Shown piece by piece: positions 26,865 to 34,708 of a stretch of 64,000 nucleotides of DNA (within the stretch, counting starts at the first letter, position 1; every line of letters begins with the position of its first letter). A program made the translations under genes and the position numbers. The stretch comes from Candidatus Eiseniibacteriota bacterium (GTDB taxonomy: Bacteria > Orphanbacterota > Orphanbacteria > Orphanbacterales > Orphanbacteraceae), in NCBI GenBank assembly GCA_024276995.1, contig JAJRWB010000050.1, forward strand, positions 80,359 through 144,358, in the 5' to 3' direction. The notes under the pieces were generated by a model, which was not told the DNA's origin, did no database searches, and saw only the letters and a list, made by a program, of their open reading frames with translations.

Positions 26865-27941
26865 ATGACGAGACGGGCATGGATGGTCCCTGCTCTCCTG
26901 GCACTGCTGGCGCTTCCCGCCACTGCCGCCCAGCGGACGGGTGTTCTCTACGAGGACTTCACCAATGTAGGGTGACCCACGTGCGAAACGATTCGCGACA
27001 GCATGGACGCCATCCTGATGTCGCGTTTCCCGGGGCAGGTTGCTCCGGTACGATACCACGTGAACTGGCCCGACGGGACGGACCCGTATTACGCTTTCAA
27101 CCCGACACAGGTGAACGAGCGGAGAACGTATTACGACTCGACGGTCAACGGCGTGCCGATGATGTTCTTCGAGGGGCAGTATCTCTCCCAGGTGTGGGAC
27201 GGCTCCTTCGCGACCTACACCGACTGGTACAACTGGGTGCGCGCCACCCTCGACAGTCTGTACCTCATCCCAAGCCCCGTGAGGATCAATCTCCAACAGG
27301 TGAGGGACAACGATTCGGTCTATGTCGCCATCGACGTGATTTCCGAAGATACTCTCGGAAGCGCCCCGAACATTTTCGTCTGCTACGAAACGACGTGGGA
27401 CCGGTATCCCGGGAAGGGGAAGTATCGCTACGTCTTTAGGAGCATGGACCCGAACTCCGTCGGGGGAACTCTTCTCGGACTCACCTTACCGGGCGATTCG
27501 GTTCACGTCGAATACACGTATTACATGGATCCCGCGCTGAACAAGAGCCGCATGATGACCACAGTGTGGGTGGAAAGCAACAACGTCGGGGGCGGAGTGC
27601 TCAACTCGATCTCCGAGGAGGTGCCCGCCTACACGGTCGGTGTGCCCGGAGGCGCCGCACCGGTGCGGATCGTGCTCGATCAGAACGCGCCGAACCCGTT
27701 CAATCCGACTACGACGATCGGCTACTCCCTCGACAAGGAGAGCCTCGTGCGCCTTTCGGTCTATTCGCAGGCGGGACGGCTCGTTACGAATCTCGTGAAC
27801 AGCCACATGCCGGCCGGATCGTACTCCGTTCCCTGGAACGGCACCGACCTTTCCGGCAACCCCGTGGGGAGCGGCGTCTACTACTACCGCCTCGACGCGG
27901 AGAAGAGTTCGCTCACCAACAAGATGATCCTCATCCGGTAA
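26865..27941 (+). CDS. secreted thioredoxin-fold candidate selenoprotein paralog 2 (UxxC motif) with the same C-terminal sorting domain
   Basis: Track ORF 26784..26975 ends at TGA 26973-26975, and ORF 27003..27941 continues in the same frame. ATG 26865 with RBS AAAGGAGGA gives MTRRAWMVPALLALLALPATAAQRTGVLYEDFTNVG-[TGA]-PTCETIRDS.. The TGA aligns exactly with the TGA of paralog 1 (G-U-P-T-C vs T-U-P-Y-C). The C-terminal domain is about 85% nt-identical to paralog 1. Confidence 0.7.
26994..27025 (+). promoter_or_regulatory. SECIS-like stem-loop 18 nt downstream of in-frame UGA (paralog 2)
   Basis: CGCGACA-[GCAUGGACGCCAUCCUGA]-UGUCGCG is a 7-bp stem whose loop contains an AUGG/CCAU sub-helix. 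It lies at the same relative position as in paralog 1. Confidence 0.4.
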
Positions 27942-27968
27942 CCGCCCGAGAGGTTCGATCGGCCTGAA

Positions 27969-27998
27969 AGCCCGGGGAGGGACAATCCCCGGGCTTTT
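27969..27998 (+). terminator. rho-independent terminator after paralog 2
   Basis: GCCCGGGGA-gggacaa-TCCCCGGGC followed by TTTT. It is near-identical in architecture to the terminator after paralog 1. Confidence 0.6.
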
Positions 27999-28078
27999 CC
28001 ACGGCCGTGCTGTATAATACGCCTGCCGGCGGGAAGAACCGGCGGTTTGAACCACACCGCTCACCCCGATGGAAGACG

Positions 28079-29425
28079 ATGAAGCTCATTTCATTCAGGG
28101 AGATTTTCCGCTTCTACGTTCCATTGCTGCTCACGTCGCAAATGATGACGCTCTCCGGACCGCTCATCAATGTAGCGGTCGGCCGTGCATCGGACCCGAA
28201 GCTCGATCTCGCCGCCTACTGGATCGGCTTTTCCATCCTCATGTTTATTGAAAGCCCCTGCCTGATCAGCCAGCAGGTGACGGCCACGCTGACCACGGGA
28301 TATCGTTCACTATTCAAAATTTTCTTCACGGCCCTCGCCGTCGGCATCTTGGCCGGGATCACCTCCGTCCTCGTCGCCGTCACACCGCTTGGCGACATCG
28401 TCTTCCTCAGGTTGATCCACACGACCGCCGAGGTGGCCGCTCGGGCGGGGCACGTGCTTCTGCTCCTCTCACCGCTTCCGCTGCTCATCGCCCTGCGCGG
28501 CGTGGGGAACGGGCTTGCCATACGGGAAAGGAAGACGGTGATCATCGCGCGGGCCACTGCGTTTCGCGTGCTCGTCCTCGCGTCGGTGGTCGGCGCGGTG
28601 GTGGCGCTCAACACCGGGTCGGGCGCCCTCGCCGGCGCGGCGGCACTCCTCACCGGGCTCGTGGTGGAGACGACGCTCGTTCTCATCGGCGTCATGCCGT
28701 TCGTCCGCCGATTCCGCGCCGCACGGGACGGCGACAACACCGACCTTTCGATCGCCGATATCTTCCGTGTCGCCATGCCCCTCGCCGTCGCCGCGTATGT
28801 GTGGACCGTCTCGAGACCGATCGTAAACGGCATCCTCGGACGCCTTCCCGATCCGGTGCTCGCCCAGGCGGGATTCGGCGTGGTGGCACCCGTGGTGCTC
28901 CTCACCTGTTCCCCCCTCTGGGCGCTGCAGAACGTGTCGCTCATCCTGGTGAAGACGAAAAGCGACCTCGCTCGGGTGCTCCGTTTCTCCGTGGTGCTGG
29001 CGGTTTTCTTCTCCATCGCCATCTTCATCGTTCTCATCACGCCGCTGCGCGACCTGGTGCTCGAGGGCGCATTCACCCTTTCACCGGAAATGGTCCGGGA
29101 GGTGACGCCCGCCCTCTTCCTGATCGTGCTCGAACCGTATTTTCTCGGGTGGCGCTCCATCGCACAGGGTCTCCTGATGAAAGCGAAGAGGACCGGCATC
29201 ATCGGATCGGTTTCGCTGATCAAGCTGGTGGTGATCCTGGCGGTGGGTATCTGGTTCGCCCTCTTCCGGCCCGGTGTGAACGGCACGGTGCTCGGTACGG
29301 CGCTTTTCATCGGCGGCGATTTGCTCGATGCCCTCTTTTGCGGATGGCAGGCGTCGAGGATCGTCCGGCGCGGGCCTCTCCTCGACGAACCGGCGACCGT
29401 GGGGGGCATGGCAATTCGCCCGTGA
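28079..29425 (+). CDS. polytopic membrane protein, MATE/MOP-superfamily-like transporter
   Basis: Internal ATG MKLISFREIFRFYVPLLLTSQMM.. About 12 predicted TM helices. The family assignment is tentative. Confidence 0.5.
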   Translation: MKLISFREIFRFYVPLLLTSQMMTLSGPLINVAVGRASDPKLDLAAYWIGFSILMFIESPCLISQQVTATLTTGYRSLFKIFFTALAVGILAGITSVLVAVTPLGDIVFLRLIHTTAEVAARAGHVLLLLSPLPLLIALRGVGNGLAIRERKTVIIARATAFRVLVLASVVGAVVALNTGSGALAGAAALLTGLVVETTLVLIGVMPFVRRFRAARDGDNTDLSIADIFRVAMPLAVAAYVWTVSRPIVNGILGRLPDPVLAQAGFGVVAPVVLLTCSPLWALQNVSLILVKTKSDLARVLRFSVVLAVFFSIAIFIVLITPLRDLVLEGAFTLSPEMVREVTPALFLIVLEPYFLGWRSIAQGLLMKAKRTGIIGSVSLIKLVVILAVGIWFALFRPGVNGTVLGTALFIGGDLLDALFCGWQASRIVRRGPLLDEPATVGGMAIRP

Positions 29426-29459
29426 GACACCGCCGAGGCCGTCGCTCTCGGCTCCACTC

Positions 29460-30476
29460 CTACCTCGCCCCCGCCGACCTCCTTCTCCTGCAAATAAGAA
29501 GGTAGAGGAAGAAGGGGCCGCCCAGCAACGCGGTGACGATCCCCACGGGCAGTTCGCTTCCCCCCACCACATTCCTTGCCACCGCGTCGCACGCCACGAG
29601 AAAGGGGCCGCCGAGAAGGAGCGAGCCGGCGATCAACTTGCCGTGACTCTCGCCGAGAAGGAGGCGGAGCACGTGGGGTACCACGAGGCCGACGAAACCG
29701 ATCGGCCCGCACGCCGCCACCGTCACGGCGGTGAGAATCGATGCGACGAAGTAGAGCTGCTTCCTCAGGTAATCTACAGGCACTCCCCTGCTCCTGGCGA
29801 TCTCCTCGCCGCATAGAAGAAGATCGAGTTCCCGCCTGTTGATCAGCAAGATGGCGACGCCGTAGAGAAGCGCGGGAAGGAGCGCCAGGGCGGGAGCGTA
29901 ACCGATGGTCTCCAGGTTTCCCATAAGCCAGCGGACCATGCGGAAGGTTTGGGTGAAGTCGGCGGCGTACTGGGCGAAAAGAAGCAGGGAAGAGAAGAAG
30001 TAGGAGAGCGCCACTCCGGCGAGGAGGAGATGAAGCGTGGAGAGTCCGCTCCCGGAGCGGGCGAGACGGTAGAGGATGATCACCACGAGAAACGCTCCAC
30101 CCAGGGCGAACAGGGGCGTCGCCTCGAAGCTCGACATCATCAGCCCTCCCGAAAGACCGGTGAGCACCGCCACGGAGACGCCGAACGCCGCGCCCGACGA
30201 TACGCCAAGGGTGAACGGCGTGGCGAGGGGATTGCGAAAGAGCGTCTGGAACGACATTCCGGCGAGAGAAAGCGCCGCGCCGGCGAACAGACCGAGGAGA
30301 AGACGGGGAACGCGCAGCGTCCAGAAGATGAACAGCCGCGTCGTGCTGCCGCCGCTGAACAGGTCTCCCGGGCCGATCGACTCGGGGCCGATGAACGGCG
30401 CCGCGAAAAGGACCGCCAGAAAGAAAAGAAAGAAGGCGGTGAGCGTCCTTCCCGGGCGGCGGACCGGCGCCATCAC
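29460..30476 (-). CDS. ABC transporter permease, FecCD/BtuC family (iron-siderophore/cobalamin type)
   Basis: Typical FecCD motifs (LLLGLFAGAALSLAGMSFQTLFRNPLATPFTLGVSSGAAFG.. and C-terminal GPIGFVGLVVPH). The start overlaps the ATPase stop. Confidence 0.85.
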   Translation of the reverse strand: MMAPVRRPGRTLTAFFLFFLAVLFAAPFIGPESIGPGDLFSGGSTTRLFIFWTLRVPRLLLGLFAGAALSLAGMSFQTLFRNPLATPFTLGVSSGAAFGVSVAVLTGLSGGLMMSSFEATPLFALGGAFLVVIILYRLARSGSGLSTLHLLLAGVALSYFFSSLLLFAQYAADFTQTFRMVRWLMGNLETIGYAPALALLPALLYGVAILLINRRELDLLLCGEEIARSRGVPVDYLRKQLYFVASILTAVTVAACGPIGFVGLVVPHVLRLLLGESHGKLIAGSLLLGGPFLVACDAVARNVVGGSELPVGIVTALLGGPFFLYLLICRRRRSAGAR

Positions 30477-31258
30477 CCTTCCTCCCCGCCGATACGCGGA
30501 AGCACCATGGGACGACCGCTGACCGGGTGCGCCGCGAGGAGGAATTCGCTGCCGTACACTTCGCGCAGCACGCCGGCGGTGGCCACTTCACCGGGGACGC
30601 CGTCGCTCACCACCCGCCCTTCACGCAGAGCGACGATCCGGTCGGCGCAGACGCTGGCGCGGTTGATGTCGTGGGTCACCACCAGGAGGGCGATCCCCCA
30701 CCGGCGGCGCGCCCCCTCCATGAGGCGGAAGATCTCGTCCTTCCCCGGGGGATCGAGGAAGGTGGTCGGTTCGTCGAGGAGGAGGATCGAGGCGTCCTGG
30801 GCGATCGCGGCGGCGAGGAGAACCTTCTGCTGCTCTCCGCCGCTCAGTGTGGCGAAGACCCGATCCGCCATCGCGTCGATACCGACCTCCTCCATCGCCG
30901 CGGCGGCGCGACGCCTGTCTTCTTCCGTCTGGCGGCCCCAGGTGGAGAGGCGGGGATAGCGCGCCTGGAGTACGATCTCGCCGGCGGTGAACGGAATGTC
31001 CGGCTCGCGCGCCTGCGGCACGTAAGCGGCGATTCGTGCCGCCGTACGCGCATCGAGATCGCTTCTATCCCTACCGTCGAGAAAGAGGGTCCCCCGCGGC
31101 GGAGGGAGCACGCCCGCGGCATGACGGAGAAGGGTCGACTTCCCGGCGCCGTTCGGGCCGATGAGGGCGACGAACTCACCCTTGCCGACCGACAGGGAGA
31201 CATGGTCCAAAATCAGCGCACCCGCCGGGGCGTACGAGAGGTTTCTCACGTCGAGCAT
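30473..31258 (-). CDS. ABC transporter ATP-binding protein (FepC/BtuD-like)
   Basis: Walker A GPNGAGKST, signature LSGGEQQKV, Walker B ILLLDEPT. Confidence 0.9.
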   Translation of the reverse strand: MLDVRNLSYAPAGALILDHVSLSVGKGEFVALIGPNGAGKSTLLRHAAGVLPPPRGTLFLDGRDRSDLDARTAARIAAYVPQAREPDIPFTAGEIVLQARYPRLSTWGRQTEEDRRRAAAAMEEVGIDAMADRVFATLSGGEQQKVLLAAAIAQDASILLLDEPTTFLDPPGKDEIFRLMEGARRRWGIALLVVTHDINRASVCADRIVALREGRVVSDGVPGEVATAGVLREVYGSEFLLAAHPVSGRPMVLPRIGGEEG

Positions 31259-31262
31259 CGGG

Positions 31263-32156
31263 TCACCTCACCTTTTCGAGGAGAGCGCCGATCTCGTCGA
31301 TCGCCCTTCCCACCCTCGGTCCCGGAACGAGGAGTTCGTCCCCCGTAAGGATGAATACACGTTTCGCCGCCGCCGCGTCCAGCCCGGGAAGGCGGGCCCA
31401 GTCGGCGAGACGCTCCGTCTCCTCCCCCGGTCGGATCGTGCGGCCCGGCTGCAGCTCGATGATCACCTCGGGATTCCGGTGGAGCACTTCCTCCACGCCG
31501 GGCGACGGGTAGCGACCGAGGGCGTCGCCGAAAGCGTTCTTTCCGCCGTTGAGACGGATCACCTCGTCGAGGTAGGTACCCGGACCGGCGACATAGAAGC
31601 CGGTGAGAGATCCGGCGACACGGTCGACCACGATCATCACGGTCCACTCCTTCACCGGCTTCCGGGCACGTGCCCGCTCCACGGCGCCACGGATCTTCCC
31701 GGCGAGCCGGCCGGCGGCCTCTTCCCGCCCGGTGGCGGCGCCGATCGCCTCGATGGCGCCGATCACGTCGTCCACCGTGTCGTTCGGCAGGGTGATCGTC
31801 GCGATCCCTCTCCTTTCGAGCTTCGCCGCCAGCGCCGCGTGGGCGGGGAGCATGATGGCGAGCGTCGGCTCGAGAGAGAACATTCTTTCCACGTCCGGGT
31901 TGAGGAGACCACCGATTCTCGGCTTCCTTGCCGCCTCCTCCGGATAGCGGCAGAAGTCGGTGACGCCGACGACCTCGGCACCGGCGCCGAGGGCGAAGAG
32001 CGTCTCGGTGATATTCGGCGCCAGAGAGAGGATCCTCATCGAACCGGCCGGCGGTGCCGGAGAACGCCCCTCCCCGTCATCGCCGCACGAAAGGAGCGGC
32101 GGAAGCACCACGAGCGCCGCGACGACGGCGGCCGACCGTAACTTGTTAAATATCAA
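31263..32156 (-). CDS. ABC transporter periplasmic substrate-binding lipoprotein (BtuF/FepB class)
   Basis: Binding-protein core (MRILSLAPNITETLFALGAGAEVVGVTDFC) preceded by a lipoprotein signal (AALVVLPPLLSCGDD). TTG start at 32156 is assumed; the track ORF extends to 32438 with an implausibly long leader. Confidence 0.7.
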   Translation of the reverse strand: MIFNKLRSAAVVAALVVLPPLLSCGDDGEGRSPAPPAGSMRILSLAPNITETLFALGAGAEVVGVTDFCRYPEEAARKPRIGGLLNPDVERMFSLEPTLAIMLPAHAALAAKLERRGIATITLPNDTVDDVIGAIEAIGAATGREEAAGRLAGKIRGAVERARARKPVKEWTVMIVVDRVAGSLTGFYVAGPGTYLDEVIRLNGGKNAFGDALGRYPSPGVEEVLHRNPEVIIELQPGRTIRPGEETERLADWARLPGLDAAAAKRVFILTGDELLVPGPRVGRAIDEIGALLEKVR

Positions 32157-32358
32157 CGAATTTAACCCTCGCTCGGCGCCGTGCCGGCGCGCAACAGGTT
32201 GAAATCGATTGCCGCAATACATTACATACTTTAGTATGGAGGATCGCTCCCGTAGCGTCCCGGCTCCGGGAACGATTGTAACGCCCTCCCCGGGGGGGCG
32301 CATCATCGAATCCCCTGCCCGCCCGATCCGGCGATCCGGGCGGGAAGTCTGAGGAACC

Positions 32359-34479
32359 GTGGGAAGAACGAGGACGAAGAACGGTACGGGGACGAAACCG
32401 GCCCTCGGGAAGTTGAGCCGCGAGCAATGCCTCGACATCTATAGGCTCATGTATACGTCGAGGATGATCGACGACACCGAGATCAGGCTGAAGCGGAAGA
32501 ACCAGATCTTCTTCCAGATCAGCAGCGCCGGACACGAGGCGGTCACCGTGATGGCGGGCCTCGCCCTCAGGCCGGGCTACGACTGGTTCCACACGTACTA
32601 CCGCGACCGAGGACTCTGCCTCGCCCTCGGCGTCACCCCCTACGAGATGTTTCTTTCATCGGTGGGTGCCGTCGACGATCCCGCCTCCGGCGGCAGGCAG
32701 ATGCCCTCCCACTGGGGCCACCGGCGGCTTAACATCGTCTCCGTTTCGAGTCCCACGGGCACGCAGGTGCTCCAGGCTGCGGGCATCGCCGAGGCGTGCC
32801 GCTATGGCCACGCCGCGGACGGGGTGGAGGGGGACTTCCCGCGCGACGCCGTGGTGCTCGCCTCTCTCGGCGACGGGACGACGAGCGAGGGAGAATTCTG
32901 GGAGGCGATGAACACGATCTGCAACAACCGCCTCCCGGTGCTCATCCTGGTGGAGGACAACGGATACGCCATTTCCACGCCCGTGAAGGAGCAGACCGCG
33001 GGGGGCGATATTTCCATGCTTTTCCGGAGCTATCCGAATCTTCTCCTTCATAAGGTCGACGGCTGCGACCCGGTGGCATGCCATGATGTCTTCGAGGAGG
33101 TGACCGCCCATATTCGCGCCGGCAGGGGTCCGGCACTGGTGCACGCGTCGGTGATCCGCCCCTACTCCCACTCGATGTCCGACGACCACCGGTCGTACAG
33201 GACGGAAGAGGAGATCGAAGCGGAATTGAAGCGCGACCCGATCCCCTCGTTCGCGCGGCGGATGGTGGACGCGTCCGTCGCCACCGAGGAGGAGCTTTCC
33301 GCCATCCGCGCAGCGGTGCACACCGAAATCGCCGAAGCGGAAGAACGGGCGGTGGCCGCTGTCAAGCCGGCTCCGGAGGATGCCCCCCTCTACCTATATT
33401 CCCCCGACGTCGACCCTTCGTCGGACCGGTTCGATACGGTGCCGGAGGACGGAGGGAGCCCGCTCTCCATGGTGGAGCTGATCAACCGCTGCCTCCGAGA
33501 CGAAATGAGCCGCGACCCTCGGATCGTCCTCTTCGGCCAAGATGTGGCCGACGCGAGCCGGGAAAGGGCGAAGGGAGATGTGAAGGGGAAGGGGGGGGTC
33601 TTCAAGGTCACCGCCGGACTCCAGAGAGAATTCGGCAAGGAGAGGGTCTTCAATTCGCCCCTCGCGGAAGCGAATATCGTCGGACGTGCGATCGGATGGG
33701 CGACGCGGGGCCTCAAACCGGTCGTAGAGATACAGTTTTTCGATTATATATGGCCGGCCTATATGCAGATTCGATGTGAAGCGGCGATGCTCAGATGGCG
33801 TTCACGGAATATGTGGAGCTGTCCGTTGGTGATTCGCGTACCGATCGGAGGATATCTCCAGGGAGGGGCGATCTACCACAGCCAGTCGGGCGCCGTGCTG
33901 ATGACCCACAACCCGGGGCTGCGGGTGGTGATGCCCTCGAATGCCCGAGACGCCAACGGCTTGCTCCGCACGGCGATACGGTGTGACGATCCGGTTGTTT
34001 TCCTGGAGCACAAACACATATACCGCCAGCCGTATGCGAAGTCAGCCTACCCGGGCCCCGACTACATGATCCCCTTCGGAAAAGCGAGAATCCATCGTGA
34101 GGGCGATGACGTGACGGTGGTGACCTATGGCGCCTTGGTAAGGCGGAGCGAGATGGCCGCCAGGAAGCTGGAGAAAGAAGGGATTTCGATCGAAATCATC
34201 GATCTCCGCTCACTCTCCCCCTGGGATACCGATACCGTCGCCCAATCGATCCGGAGGACGGGGAAGGTGATCGTCGCTTACGAGGACTGCCGCAGTTTCG
34301 GCTACGGCGCCGAGATCGCCGCCTGGATCGCGGACAACCTCTTCGAGGATCTTGACGCCCCTGTCAGCAGGGTCGCCGCCCTCGACACGCCGGTCGGCTA
34401 CTTCCCCACCCTCGAAGACGCCATCCTTCCCCAGATCGATGATATCGCCGGAGCGGCTCGAGAACTCCACCGGTTCTGA
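32359..34479 (+). CDS. 2-oxoacid dehydrogenase E1 component, fused alpha and beta subunits (TPP-dependent)
   Basis: The N-half has an E1-alpha TPP motif ([37 protein letters not shown]). The C-half is E1-beta/transketolase-like ([21 protein letters not shown]..). Single 706-aa ORF. Confidence 0.8.
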   Translation: MGRTRTKNGTGTKPALGKLSREQCLDIYRLMYTSRMIDDTEIRLKRKNQIFFQISSAGHEAVTVMAGLALRPGYDWFHTYYRDRGLCLALGVTPYEMFLSSVGAVDDPASGGRQMPSHWGHRRLNIVSVSSPTGTQVLQAAGIAEACRYGHAADGVEGDFPRDAVVLASLGDGTTSEGEFWEAMNTICNNRLPVLILVEDNGYAISTPVKEQTAGGDISMLFRSYPNLLLHKVDGCDPVACHDVFEEVTAHIRAGRGPALVHASVIRPYSHSMSDDHRSYRTEEEIEAELKRDPIPSFARRMVDASVATEEELSAIRAAVHTEIAEAEERAVAAVKPAPEDAPLYLYSPDVDPSSDRFDTVPEDGGSPLSMVELINRCLRDEMSRDPRIVLFGQDVADASRERAKGDVKGKGGVFKVTAGLQREFGKERVFNSPLAEANIVGRAIGWATRGLKPVVEIQFFDYIWPAYMQIRCEAAMLRWRSRNMWSCPLVIRVPIGGYLQGGAIYHSQSGAVLMTHNPGLRVVMPSNARDANGLLRTAIRCDDPVVFLEHKHIYRQPYAKSAYPGPDYMIPFGKARIHREGDDVTVVTYGALVRRSEMAARKLEKEGISIEIIDLRSLSPWDTDTVAQSIRRTGKVIVAYEDCRSFGYGAEIAAWIADNLFEDLDAPVSRVAALDTPVGYFPTLEDAILPQIDDIAGAARELHRF

Positions 34480-34708
34480 TAGTCATATAATCCAATCGGC
34501 ATATATATCTCCTCGGATGTCGTTGTTTCCCGAACGAAGGGCGGCGCGGTTTTTCCCCGCCACCCCGATGCCCCCCTTCAAGAAAAGGCTTCGATCTGCC
34601 GATTCACCCTGCAGAGTGAGTTATTGCCCACCGGCGTCGGCACGGCGGCCGGCATCTCTTCACCACGACGAGCGGCGATCGACCAGGAAGGAAACCCGAG
34701 GCCCGACT

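Noticed and set aside
25743-26975. Alternative explanation for the in-frame TGAs: genome-wide TGA-to-sense recoding, or two independent nonsense mutations
   Set aside because: TGA terminates several confidently called genes in the window (GT4, HprK-like, E1). Two paralogs share TGA at the exact CxxC-aligned codon, each followed by a hairpin. Selenocysteine is the most economical reading, though it is still unproven.
28216-30591. 791-aa minus ORF spanning the MATE-like and permease genes
   Set aside because: It is low-complexity (RRR/SSS/PPP) and crosses two real genes on opposite strands, so it is a GC artefact.
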